A stretch of 64,000 nt of DNA from contig CAADGS010000116.1 in assembly GCA_900696615.1 (NCBI GenBank), positions 148 through 64,147 on the forward strand, given 5' to 3'. Position numbers and translations under genes: made by a program. Position 1 is the first letter of the stretch. Each line of letters starts with the position of its first letter. The notes beneath the pieces were generated by a model. It ran no database searches. It worked only from the letters and a program-made list of their open reading frames with translations, and was not told the origin of the DNA. Source of the DNA: an uncultured beta proteobacterium. GTDB lineage: Bacteria > Pseudomonadota > Gammaproteobacteria > Burkholderiales > Nitrosomonadaceae. Shown here one piece after another: positions 9,069 through 18,707 of this stretch.

Positions 9069-10460
9069 CTAATTTTTTAATAATGTATCCAACCACTTTT
9101 TCCAGCATTGATATTTCTCAAGTAATCCTGTATTGGTTCTACTAATGGTAATTTGTTGCGCTTCCCGGTGGAATTTTGTTTTTAGTTCGCAAGCAAGCAT
9201 GGCGGCGCCTTGCAAACTTGTTTCTTTTTGCTGCAACTGAAACACCGGGAATGTTACGCACTGAGCGATACCTTGTTGCAGGCAAGGTAATTGGGATAAT
9301 CCTCCGGACAAGTAAGCCCGTGTCAGCGGTGAGAGCATATGAAAATCCTCCAAGATACGCGCAACCCTAAAAATTATGGCTTCGAGCATTAATGCGGTGA
9401 TTTGTTGGGGGGTTAAATAGGCGGTCGATTGAGAAAAATAGATACCCCAATCGTTACGAAAATACGGTGCGCCTAAACCGCTGGGTTCGGCCAGGCAAAA
9501 AATAGTGTTGGTGGCTAAATCTTCGCTACAGCAGTTTTGTACCGGATAGGGGGCGAGTGCAGCGGCGATTGAATTGAGCGTTCCTTCGATGGCAAATTGA
9601 ATGGATTGATTTTTGTCTTGATAAACCAATGTTTGCAAGTAACCTTCCGATGCTGATTGCGCCATTTTAATAGGGCGAATCACAAAACCGCCGGTACCGA
9701 GATTGACCAAAGCCTCTGTATGATTACCTGCGAGACAACCAGTCAATGCCGCGGATTGATCGCCAATACTGGCTTGTAACGTCAATCCGATATCTAACGG
9801 TAAATTCAATCTGATAGAAGGTCTGATAGCGGGCAGAACGGTTACCGGAATATCGAATAGGTGACACAAAGTATCCGACCATTGCCGTTTATGAACATCC
9901 ATCAATAAAGTGCGCGCAGCCATTGAAGCGTCGGTGACGAAATGCTGGCCATGCGTCCAACGCCAAATCAGAAAAGTATCCAATGTGCCTGCCAGCCACT
10001 CCTGGCGGATTAGCTTGTCCCGCCAAGTTGGATGATCTTTCAGCAGAATACTGAGTTTTGGAGCGAAATAATAAGGGGTTAGACGTAAACCGGTTAGTTC
10101 GTGAATAGTGCCTGCTTCAGCTTGTAGGCGATGGCAACAACTTGCACCCCGGTCATCTTGCCAGGAAATCAGAGGGGTTGCCGGTTTGCCGCTGGCTTTG
10201 TTCCAAATCAGGAAAGATGAACGCTGACTGCACAATCCCAAAGGAGGTTTGCTGCTTGTTCTTGCAGCACATTCTTCGATTACTTTTCCGGCTATTTCAA
10301 TATATTGGAGTGCATTACTTTCATAGCGGCCTTGCTGGTTGTCGATGACGGGTGCCGGCCGTGACACGATATGCTGCAGATTGCCTTTTTTGTCCATCAA
10401 AGCGGCTTTAATAGACGTTGTGCCCAGATCCAATGCGATTGCCGAAGTTAACTGGTCCAT
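9069..10460 (-). CDS. FGGY-family carbohydrate kinase (glycerol-kinase-like)
   Basis: N-terminal ALDLGTTSIKAAL ATPase motif. Start set to ATG 10460 (MDQLTSAIALDLG), giving a 13-nt overlap with the glpD stop. Confidence 0.8.
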   Translation of the reverse strand: MDQLTSAIALDLGTTSIKAALMDKKGNLQHIVSRPAPVIDNQQGRYESNALQYIEIAGKVIEECAARTSSKPPLGLCSQRSSFLIWNKASGKPATPLISWQDDRGASCCHRLQAEAGTIHELTGLRLTPYYFAPKLSILLKDHPTWRDKLIRQEWLAGTLDTFLIWRWTHGQHFVTDASMAARTLLMDVHKRQWSDTLCHLFDIPVTVLPAIRPSIRLNLPLDIGLTLQASIGDQSAALTGCLAGNHTEALVNLGTGGFVIRPIKMAQSASEGYLQTLVYQDKNQSIQFAIEGTLNSIAAALAPYPVQNCCSEDLATNTIFCLAEPSGLGAPYFRNDWGIYFSQSTAYLTPQQITALMLEAIIFRVARILEDFHMLSPLTRAYLSGGLSQLPCLQQGIAQCVTFPVFQLQQKETSLQGAAMLACELKTKFHREAQQITISRTNTGLLEKYQCWKKWLDTLLKN

Positions 10461-12034
10461 TGTTGTTGGCAACGTTCGATTTCCTGATCGATTCTGATAG
10501 GGTCCCATTGCATCGTAGTGGCTACCTGCAGAGCGATATGCCGTAACTGGCTGCGAGTGAATTTGGCTAAAATGAGCAGTGGCATGCGGCGCCTGAGCAA
10601 GTCGTCCAGATGAATGACCATTTCGGCAGCAGCACAGTGAATCAAATCGGCATAAATAAACGGTAGTGATGGCACGATACGTTGCGCAAGATCGGCTTGT
10701 ACTTCAATAGCGTGAAAAATTCCGGAAATGCCCATACCATGTCGGTGCAGCAGCCAATGGGCGCTTTGTGGGTCGATACCCAGTTGTACTGCCTGGTTTT
10801 GCATTGCTGCTTTCCATTGCGCAAAATTTTGTCGAGGCGCCCACGGGAATAATCTGCCTGCCGTGGCACAAGGGGCGGCACTGCCAAGTTGCGCGCATAC
10901 CGCATCGACAATACGGGCGGCATCTTGGCGCGATGACGTTATCTTTCCTCCAATGGCGTAATGTACGCCATTGGAAGCGGATCTTAATTCCCAGTCGCGG
11001 CTTAATGCAGAAGGATGGGCAGGAGTCGCAGTTTGGGAGAATTGCTTAAAAACACGCACGCCGGCAAAACTACCCATAATGTCCGCGCGTGACCAAGGTA
11101 TTTTGAGATAATGATTGGCAGCGGCAAGCAGATAATCGATGTCGCCATCGTCGACGACGGCTTGCGCCTCATCGCCTTTGAAATCCGTATCGGTTGTGCC
11201 TAGTAACGTCAAACCGTACCAAGGAATCATGAAAAATACCCTTCCATCCACTGGCGCTGTCAGCAACAGTGCTTCACTACCAAGCGTAGCCGGCATGACC
11301 AGATGTACGCCTTTTGCAAGCCGGCACCATTCGCGGCTCGGTGCAGTGTTGGCTAGCCATTGGCCGGTGGTGAAAACAATTTGCTTGGTGGTGATTTTTT
11401 GCCGAGTTTGAGTAAGCTGATCTTGCACGATTACGCCATCAACTTTGACATCGGTTTGCAGCAATTGAAGTAATTTGCAGTAATTAACGCAGACTGCACC
11501 GGCATCCACTGCGCCCGCGATGAGCTCAAGCACCAGGCGTGCATCATCGGTTTGCGCGTCAGCGTAAGTGAAACCGCCTTTTAATGAATTTTCTTGGAGA
11601 AAAGGAAAGTGTGTGGTGAATTTTGCGGCATTGAAGTAGCGATGAGACATATGAGAATCATCAGCATCCGCAAAGAAATCGTACAGAGTTAATCCTAGTT
11701 TAAGTAGTAGCCGGTTAAGGCGTTGTTGCGCATAGACCGGAACGCCAAATCGCAATGGCCAAACACGATGTGGAGCGGCTTGTAACAGCATTTTCCGTTC
11801 TTGAAGCGATTTACTGACCATTTTAAAATCATAGGTTTCCAAATAACGAAGACCGCCATGTATCAGTTTGCTTGAGGCGGAAGACGTGGCACTTGCCCAA
11901 TCGCCTTGTTCAACGATAGCTACTTTGAGACCGCGTAAAGCGGCATCATAAGCAGTCCAGGCGCCATAGATGCCGCCGCCGCAAACCAACAAGTCAAATT
12001 GCCGGTTTTGCAGTGCGCTAAAGTCTCTTTTCAT
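10448..12034 (-). CDS. glpD: FAD-dependent glycerol-3-phosphate dehydrogenase
   Basis: DLLVCGGGIYGAWTAYDAALRG dinucleotide fold, SSKLIHGGLRYLE motif, 528 aa. Confidence 0.85.
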   Translation of the reverse strand: MKRDFSALQNRQFDLLVCGGGIYGAWTAYDAALRGLKVAIVEQGDWASATSSASSKLIHGGLRYLETYDFKMVSKSLQERKMLLQAAPHRVWPLRFGVPVYAQQRLNRLLLKLGLTLYDFFADADDSHMSHRYFNAAKFTTHFPFLQENSLKGGFTYADAQTDDARLVLELIAGAVDAGAVCVNYCKLLQLLQTDVKVDGVIVQDQLTQTRQKITTKQIVFTTGQWLANTAPSREWCRLAKGVHLVMPATLGSEALLLTAPVDGRVFFMIPWYGLTLLGTTDTDFKGDEAQAVVDDGDIDYLLAAANHYLKIPWSRADIMGSFAGVRVFKQFSQTATPAHPSALSRDWELRSASNGVHYAIGGKITSSRQDAARIVDAVCAQLGSAAPCATAGRLFPWAPRQNFAQWKAAMQNQAVQLGIDPQSAHWLLHRHGMGISGIFHAIEVQADLAQRIVPSLPFIYADLIHCAAAEMVIHLDDLLRRRMPLLILAKFTRSQLRHIALQVATTMQWDPIRIDQEIERCQQQWTS

Positions 12035-12789
12035 TGATCGCGCAACATCAATGCTCTTTGGGGAAGGTCGCTGATGAGGATATCAACACCCAATCGCAGA
12101 GCTTTGTTGATTTCTAAATCAGTGTTGCAAGTATAAACCGCGACACATTTGTGATGACTATGCAGCAAATCCACTATCGCGTGGTCAGCAGTTTCTATGG
12201 GTAAGCACAGACCATAGAGATAGGGATGGCTGTGCAGGAGTTGACGCGCATCCGCAAGGGTTTGATGGGTTTCGAAATTAAAAATGAGTGGAAAGATCGC
12301 ATTGTATTGATGCGCATAATCCAGGCTGGTCAAATTGAACGAGGATATAACGATCCGGAGCTGAGGATTATCGCCGATCAGATCGAGTGTCCGGCGGATT
12401 TTTAGTTGGTGGCGGGCGATAGCTTCCCAGTCGCGGTTTTTGACTTCGATCAGTAAATGGCAGCGGTTGCGATACGACATCACAAAATCTTGCAGCATCA
12501 TGATACCTTCGCTTGCGGAGTCCGGATTAATTAGTTTTTGAAGCTCATAAAAATCAAAGTCGTCGATGCGCTTGCCGGGTAACCCGATTTTGTCGAGATA
12601 GCGATCATGCCATAGTACAGCCACTTCATCGCGGCTCATTTGTACATCCGTCTCGATACCATCGATGGCATAGTCAAGCGCTTTGTCAAATGCATGGCGG
12701 GTGTTTTCCATGGCTTCCCGGTTGGCGCCGCGGTGGGCGAACACCGAACATCGCTTAGCATATTGATTCTGTCTGGAAGATTCGTCCAT
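12031..12789 (-). CDS. Cytoplasmic glycerophosphodiester phosphodiesterase (UgpQ-like GDPD)
   Basis: HRGANREAMENT..AF..A...GIETDVQMSRDEVAVLWHD motif. No signal peptide. ATGA overlap with the glpD start. ATG 12789 preferred over TTG 12801. Confidence 0.85.
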   Translation of the reverse strand: MDESSRQNQYAKRCSVFAHRGANREAMENTRHAFDKALDYAIDGIETDVQMSRDEVAVLWHDRYLDKIGLPGKRIDDFDFYELQKLINPDSASEGIMMLQDFVMSYRNRCHLLIEVKNRDWEAIARHQLKIRRTLDLIGDNPQLRIVISSFNLTSLDYAHQYNAIFPLIFNFETHQTLADARQLLHSHPYLYGLCLPIETADHAIVDLLHSHHKCVAVYTCNTDLEINKALRLGVDILISDLPQRALMLRDQ

Positions 12790-12819
12790 GCGTAGAGGCA
12801 ATTGGTTATACGGCTATCA

Positions 12820-13992
12820 TTATTTTGCTGCAACCTGCAGCATTTCGACGATAACGGGATCCTTGGCAATTTCAGCAGCAGTCTTTCCCGTTTTGCTTTT
12901 GATTTTTGCATCGGCGCCTTTAGCTAATAATATTTTTACGGCCTCGGCGTGATCGTGCAAACCTGCCCACATCAGAGCGGTAATACCATCATCGTTTTGC
13001 AAGTCGATTTTTGCGCGGTTATCCAGCAATAACTCGATGACGGCTGTATGGCCGTTTTGTGCCGCCAATATGAGCGGTGTAAAACCTTTGGACGCTTTGT
13101 GATCGACTTGGGCGCCATGCTTAATTAATGCTTTGACTATTTCGGTATTGCCTGTCAATGCCGCGAGTGTCAACGGTGTCGCGTCGTTTTTATCCATTAC
13201 ATCAACTTTGGCACCTTTTGCCAGCAATGCGTTGACAATGTCGACATGACCATTTTGAGCGGCAATATATAATGGCGTCGTTTCATTGATGGCTGTCAAA
13301 TCAAATGCCGCATTTTTCGCAAGCAGCGTTTCGACAATTGCGGTATGGCCATTTCTGGCAGCCATATAGAGGGCGGTAGTACGGTCAGCCGCTTGTGCAT
13401 CGATTTGTGCATTGTTAGCCAATAGCTTTTCAACCATAGCGGTGCGTCCTTCCATTGCCGCAATGATCAAAGCTGTCAGTTTATCTTTGGTTTGTAAATG
13501 AATATCTGCGCCTTTGGACATCAGTTCATCGACTATCGCTTCATGGTCTTTTTGTATGGCCAGCATTAAGGCAGTGATGCCGTCAACGGTTTGGGCGTTA
13601 ATTTGCGCATCTTTGGCTAGTAATGCGTTGACGATATCGGCATGGCCATTTTTTGCAGCGAGAATCAATGCCGTGGCATCGCCTGCATTTTTTAAATCGA
13701 CATTTGCATTTTTTTCCAGCAAGAGCTGAACGATATCGGCATGCCCATACTGAGAGGCAACCATTAAGGCGCTGAATCCTTTTTCATTTTGATAATTGAC
13801 ATTGATTCCTTGCGCCAATAATTGCTCAATTGCTTGATTGTTACCGGAAAATGCGGATTTGAGAAATTCGGTTTCCGTGTCGTCTTCGGCTAACGCATGA
13901 GCTGAGAAAAAAAATAAAATGATGACGATTGATGTGATGAAGGATTTAAATACAGTGTTAATCAAGTTTTTTATATAATTCATGTAGTACAC
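12820..13992 (-). CDS. Exported ankyrin-repeat protein (about 10 ANK repeats)
   Basis: Signal peptide ...FFFSAHALA/EDD. Nine full and two partial 33-aa repeats of type G.TALM.AA..GH..IV..LL..GA. Confidence 0.9.
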   Translation of the reverse strand: MYYMNYIKNLINTVFKSFITSIVIILFFFSAHALAEDDTETEFLKSAFSGNNQAIEQLLAQGINVNYQNEKGFSALMVASQYGHADIVQLLLEKNANVDLKNAGDATALILAAKNGHADIVNALLAKDAQINAQTVDGITALMLAIQKDHEAIVDELMSKGADIHLQTKDKLTALIIAAMEGRTAMVEKLLANNAQIDAQAADRTTALYMAARNGHTAIVETLLAKNAAFDLTAINETTPLYIAAQNGHVDIVNALLAKGAKVDVMDKNDATPLTLAALTGNTEIVKALIKHGAQVDHKASKGFTPLILAAQNGHTAVIELLLDNRAKIDLQNDDGITALMWAGLHDHAEAVKILLAKGADAKIKSKTGKTAAEIAKDPVIVEMLQVAAK

Positions 13993-14216
13993 CTATTTCT
14001 GGCATTTTGTTAGAGTTTGTGGAGTTTACAGTTATCGATGCCCATGATTATTTAATATGTTTTAAATAATCAATAGGGATAAAAAAATCTCAGTCGGGAT
14101 TTGGATAATTCACTAAAAGCCTTATTTTAACCTATTGCTATCGTTTTTAAGGTTTAATTGATCCGACAATCAGTAAAGACACTTATTTATAACCGAAATT
14201 TATTTTGCAAAATCAG

Positions 14217-14963
14217 ATGGATAATTGGATCATTCCCGATTGGCCCGCACCCGCAAATGTAAAGGCTTTGATTACAACTCGTCATGGCGGTGTGAGTTCT
14301 GGCATGGCGGGCAGGTATGCGTCATTCAACTTGGCAATGCACGTCAATGATGATCAGTTGGATGTGGCATGCAATCGAACTCAGTTACGCCGTTATTTGC
14401 CATCTGAACCCAAATGGTTGCAACAGGTGCATGGTACGCTGCCGGTCTGGATCGATTGCATGGCAGATGGTGTGCCCCAAGGCGATGCTGCACTCTGTGG
14501 TACAAAAAGTCATGTGTGTGTTGTCATGGTTGCAGACTGTTTGCCGGTGTTTTTGTGCGACATGGCGGGTACTAAAGTGGGTGTCATTCATGCGGGGTGG
14601 CGTGGATTGGCCGGAGGAATTATTGAACGTTCGATTGCTGCGATGCAAGTGAATCCTGGTAGCTTAATGGCGTGGCTTGGTCCGGCTATTGGGCCGGATC
14701 ATTTTGAAGTAGGGAGAGATGTTTATGAAACATTCGTTCAGCAGCAAGCTTCCGCAGCGCAGGCATTTGTAAGCAAAAACCATGATCATGAGAAGAAATG
14801 GCTGGCGGACATTTTTATGCTTGCTCGCCAGCGCCTGGAGACCAACGGCATTACCCGAGTTTATGGGGGTGGAATTTGCACTTTCAGTGATTCGGTGCGT
14901 TTTTTTTCCTATCGCCGCGACGGTGAGACAGGGCGCATGGCTGCGTTGATTTGGCTGGAGTGA
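14217..14963 (+). CDS. pgeF: YfiH/PgeF family (laccase-domain) peptidoglycan editing factor / purine nucleoside phosphorylase
   Basis: VADCLPV, HAGWRGLAGGI and CT...FFSYRRD motifs. ATG 14217 preferred over TTG 14205. Confidence 0.85.
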   Translation: MDNWIIPDWPAPANVKALITTRHGGVSSGMAGRYASFNLAMHVNDDQLDVACNRTQLRRYLPSEPKWLQQVHGTLPVWIDCMADGVPQGDAALCGTKSHVCVVMVADCLPVFLCDMAGTKVGVIHAGWRGLAGGIIERSIAAMQVNPGSLMAWLGPAIGPDHFEVGRDVYETFVQQQASAAQAFVSKNHDHEKKWLADIFMLARQRLETNGITRVYGGGICTFSDSVRFFSYRRDGETGRMAALIWLE

Positions 14964-15035
14964 ATTGCTCTGCAATTTTTTAAAAGACCGGGTCACAACA
15001 GCGTATAATCCGGCCTTTGTTTTTCACTTAACTTT

Positions 15036-15833
15036 ATGTCAACGCTTACCTGGATTATTGCTGCGAGTTTGTTCGGGGGAATATTAAGTTTATTATTCGC
15101 GGCGATATTGACAATCAATGTCCGAATATCATGGCTGTCGATATTGATTTCTTATGCAATTGGCGCACTGTTGGGCGCCGCTTTTCTCAATACCCTGCCA
15201 GAAGCGCTCGAACTTTCTGACAACCCGATGCAGGTAACGGTTACCGTGCTATTTGGCATTTTGCTATTTTTTATTCTGGAAAAATTAGTATTGTGGCGTC
15301 ATTGTCACTTGGAAGACTGCGAAGTGCACGACCCTTCCCATGGTGCGGCCACACCTACCAGTCAGCCTATGCATGATCATGGCCGTAGCGGAACAATGGT
15401 GATTGTCGGCGATACTTTTCATAATTTCGTGGATGGTATTTTGATTGCTGCAGCGTTCATCGCGGATACGCAATTAGGCATTGTGACAGCGATTGCAATC
15501 ATTGCACATGAAATTCCACAAGAAGCAGGCGATTTTATTATTCTCCTTAATTCAGGCTACAGCCGCCGCATGGCCTTTTTGATAAATTTATTATCGGGCC
15601 TTGCAACGTTGGTGGGTGGTGTGCTTGCTTATTTTATGTTGCATAGTATGGATTTTCTGATACAGCCGCTATTGGCTTTTGCATCCGCTAGTATGATTTA
15701 TGTAGCGATGTCGGATTTAATCCCGGGTTTGCATAAAAGGCCAGAAATTAACGCGACAATACAGCAAGTTACTCTGATTTTATTGGGAATTTCTTCTATT
15801 TGGTTAATGGGTAATTTGTTTACTCATGGTTAA
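15036..15833 (+). CDS. zupT: ZIP-family divalent metal (zinc) transporter
   Basis: His-rich loop HCHLEDCEVHDPSHG...HDHG. HNFVDG and HEIPQEAGDF motifs. About 8 TM segments. Confidence 0.85.
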   Translation: MSTLTWIIAASLFGGILSLLFAAILTINVRISWLSILISYAIGALLGAAFLNTLPEALELSDNPMQVTVTVLFGILLFFILEKLVLWRHCHLEDCEVHDPSHGAATPTSQPMHDHGRSGTMVIVGDTFHNFVDGILIAAAFIADTQLGIVTAIAIIAHEIPQEAGDFIILLNSGYSRRMAFLINLLSGLATLVGGVLAYFMLHSMDFLIQPLLAFASASMIYVAMSDLIPGLHKRPEINATIQQVTLILLGISSIWLMGNLFTHG

Positions 15834-15881
15834 TTGACCGAATGTGGCAAAATTAATCTGCACGAACTCTAAGGACATGTA

Positions 15882-16298
15882 ATGAGAAAACAATTTTTGA
15901 TAGTGTTTTTTTTGCTTTTTTACCTCGGTAACGTGTTTGCTAATGAAAAAAATATTCTTGAAATTGCTGAAGGTAGCGCCCGTTCCTGGCTTGAACTCAT
16001 TGATAACGGAAAATACCGGGAAAGCTGGGAACGGGCTTCAACTCTATTCAAAACCAAAACTGCCGAAGCTGAGTGGGTGCAGACAGTTACTGCAAACAGA
16101 GCATCGCGTGGAGCCGTGACTGCACGCTACATTGCGACGGCTAGTTCTGCAAAATCATTGTCAGGCTTGCCGGATGGAGAATATATAGTACTGCAGTTTT
16201 ATACCACTTTCGCAGCCAAAGGCTTGGCTTTGGAGGCGATAACATTGGCAAAATCCTCAGATGGCGCATGGTTGGTTTCGCAGTATTCGATCAAGTAA
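15882..16298 (+). CDS. Secreted DUF4019-like protein
   Basis: Signal peptide FFLLFYLGNVFA/NE. W..LIDNGKYRESW...W...V...R pattern and C-terminal GAWLVSQYSIK. Family call from memory. Confidence 0.6.
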   Translation: MRKQFLIVFFLLFYLGNVFANEKNILEIAEGSARSWLELIDNGKYRESWERASTLFKTKTAEAEWVQTVTANRASRGAVTARYIATASSAKSLSGLPDGEYIVLQFYTTFAAKGLALEAITLAKSSDGAWLVSQYSIK

Positions 16299-16375
16299 AA
16301 ATTAATGATTGGCAGAGCACGCCATTTCATCGACATGATAAGCGCAACCAGTATTTTCTAACTTCCCTCTAAAAT

Positions 16376-16526
16376 TTAAGGAAACGCTGATTGATTGACT
16401 GCACGAGCGAATCACTTCGCTGCGCGGTACTCGCATCCCTGCCTATCTTGTTGATATGTCTAGACTGCTACGTTCCGTGCGCCTCGTGCTTCATCTCATT
16501 CGTTGAATTAATCGACGTTTCCTTAA
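16376..16526. mobile_element. MITE-like element (~151 bp) bounded by 21-bp terminal inverted repeats
   Basis: Left TTAAGGAAACGCTGATTGATT (16376-16396) versus reverse complement of right end TTAAGGAAACGTCGATTAATT (16506-16526), 18/21 matches. Internal GCACGAG/CTCGTGC inverted repeat. No credible ORF. Confidence 0.45.
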
Positions 16527-16605
16527 TTCCCCGCAGCGAGCCGCGGGGATGCGCTAGCGACCGAATAACTTTTTCAACAATCAGGCAGGACAATTGATCG
16601 GTTGA

Positions 16606-18201
16606 TTAAGGTTTGGGTGGCCAATGTTTCTGCCGGCCGTGTTCATCCACTACGAGGTACTTGCTGTCTTTAGGTAAGATTTTCAACGTCTTGAGAAACT
16701 CTATGACAGTGTCTTTTTCTCCATCGCTGAGTGAAGTCCAATTATTGTACGAGTCCAACGCTTCACCCCGGTGCGCCTCAATTGCCTGACGGAGAGTGGT
16801 AAATTTACCGTGATGAAAATAGGGCGGTTCGTTGGCTATCCCCCATAGCTTGCGAGTGATGAAGCGTGAATTGCCTTTAAAGAATGCCGGGCCGGAAGCA
16901 TTTTGATCAACCGGCTCTGTGTTAGGATCCGATGGACCGCCGGTAATATCATGTAATTTCAGGTCGGTAAAGGCCGGAACCCAGACAATATCGTTTTCAA
17001 CCGCTAATCTGGGGTTATCCAATGTTTTGTCTGTTAAATCCATTTTATATTCCTGAACTTGACCCAGTTGTAAATTGCCTTCCGGATTGTAAGGATTGGG
17101 TTCGGTAAATATCCATCCTTTATTATTAAGAGGGAGCCTGGGGACATGGCAACTGGCGCAACCAATTGTTTGGAAAACTTGTTCGCCCTGCAGTACTGCC
17201 GCTTCGATAACAGGATTATTGGGAATAACTCTTCCTGGGACTGCAAGCTGTGCTTGAAATAACGTAACGGCGGTAATATCGGCGCGTGTGAGTTCATCCA
17301 CAAAACCATCGCCGTCGGGATCGAGGCCGGCACCAAAACGTTCAGTCGATTGAATACCGTGGTGCTGATTGAAGGCCGTATTAGTGAATTCGCGTAATGA
17401 AACTTTTCCACTCGCTTGATGAAAAGGTTTAATGACTAGGCTGGGAGGATCGTCTGGACTGCCGCTGGCTAAGCTAGATGCAAGTAATCCGGTTACTTGG
17501 CTGGTATCCCAACTTCCATCGTTATCCCTGGTTAACGTACCAAAAGAAATACCTTTAGTTTCGAGTTTTGCGCTGCTACCCGCGGAAATTGAATCGCGTA
17601 TTGTTCTTAATTCAGCAGTCATTTGCCTGCTTAGCATTTCAATATATCCGGAGCCGAATAATCCGAGGGTGTTGCGGAAGTTTGCAAAATTATCCAGATG
17701 GATAAATTTACCTTCTTCATCGACTGCTCCGCGTAAGGGAACGCTATCGCTATGATCAAAGGTGACGAAATCAAAGCGTTCCCCGGTGATGAAAACATTG
17801 GTAACGATGTCGCCTCCGCCGCCTATGCGCGGTTTATTATGACAACCAGCGCATGAGTTACTATCGGGCGCCGAGAGCCGATTGAAATTTCTTGGGAAGA
17901 GCAAGGGTGAAATCGGATCAGATAATGCTTCTCCGGTTCCTTTGGTCAATGGACGGCCACCGCCTTCTTCTATAGTCCAATTAGCCCGGAACAACTTTTT
18001 GCCATGCTTGATCAATTCGGGCGTAGAGATAGAGAACTCGGTTCCATCTTTTAAATGATCATAGACTGCTTGTTCTTTACCGATCGTTGTGACTGGGCCA
18101 GGTTGGATTCTAATTTCACTCGCTAAGGAAATGGCGGAGGAGTAACCAATAGACGTAGTGAATAGAATGTATACTCCGATGCTGCGGTATTTTCTGTTCA
18201 T
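16606..18201 (-). CDS. Exported di-haem cytochrome c oxidoreductase (DUF1111 / peroxidase-like)
   Basis: Signal peptide. Two CXXCH sites (CAGCH, CASCH). C-terminal PPYFHHGKFTTL block typical of this family. Confidence 0.8.
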   Translation of the reverse strand: MNRKYRSIGVYILFTTSIGYSSAISLASEIRIQPGPVTTIGKEQAVYDHLKDGTEFSISTPELIKHGKKLFRANWTIEEGGGRPLTKGTGEALSDPISPLLFPRNFNRLSAPDSNSCAGCHNKPRIGGGGDIVTNVFITGERFDFVTFDHSDSVPLRGAVDEEGKFIHLDNFANFRNTLGLFGSGYIEMLSRQMTAELRTIRDSISAGSSAKLETKGISFGTLTRDNDGSWDTSQVTGLLASSLASGSPDDPPSLVIKPFHQASGKVSLREFTNTAFNQHHGIQSTERFGAGLDPDGDGFVDELTRADITAVTLFQAQLAVPGRVIPNNPVIEAAVLQGEQVFQTIGCASCHVPRLPLNNKGWIFTEPNPYNPEGNLQLGQVQEYKMDLTDKTLDNPRLAVENDIVWVPAFTDLKLHDITGGPSDPNTEPVDQNASGPAFFKGNSRFITRKLWGIANEPPYFHHGKFTTLRQAIEAHRGEALDSYNNWTSLSDGEKDTVIEFLKTLKILPKDSKYLVVDEHGRQKHWPPKP

Positions 18202-18707
18202 AATAGGATTCCTTTAATCTAAATCACAAAGATCCAGGAGGGTTATGACTAGGATTAAAAATACCCTTAAGTATTTTTACAGCCAAAGTGAATGACTTTT
18301 TTATGCTGAAAACCGGAATGCTCGATCAATTTCAATTAGTGAGCATCTGGAAAATGCGAATGCATAAATAGCTTATGACAGCAAGGCGGAACATCGTTAT
18401 AACCTCTCCAGAATCTTCAATGTTTTTAATTATCAGCAATCGAGCTATGAATCTTAGTAATTGTTTACATGGAAAGGGGAGTTATCCAATCGTGACAATT
18501 AAAAGAATTAGCTAGATTGCTGATAATTGGTTTCATCGTAGCAGTCTGTTCGATATAAGAAATTTAACTAGGTTATAAATTGTTAAGAAAGGCTGGATTA
18601 ATTAACTGCGGATACAAATTGTTAGGCTGATTGCTATGTAAAAATCCCATATCGCTTAGATAAGTTAGCGCATAGATGGGCGCTCTTTGATCTATAAGAC
18701 TTTCACG

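Noticed and set aside
16391-16597. 68-aa ORF spanning the MITE-like element and the GC hairpin
   Set aside because: Cys-rich, low-complexity translation lying entirely inside inverted-repeat DNA. No RBS and no family resemblance, so most likely spurious.
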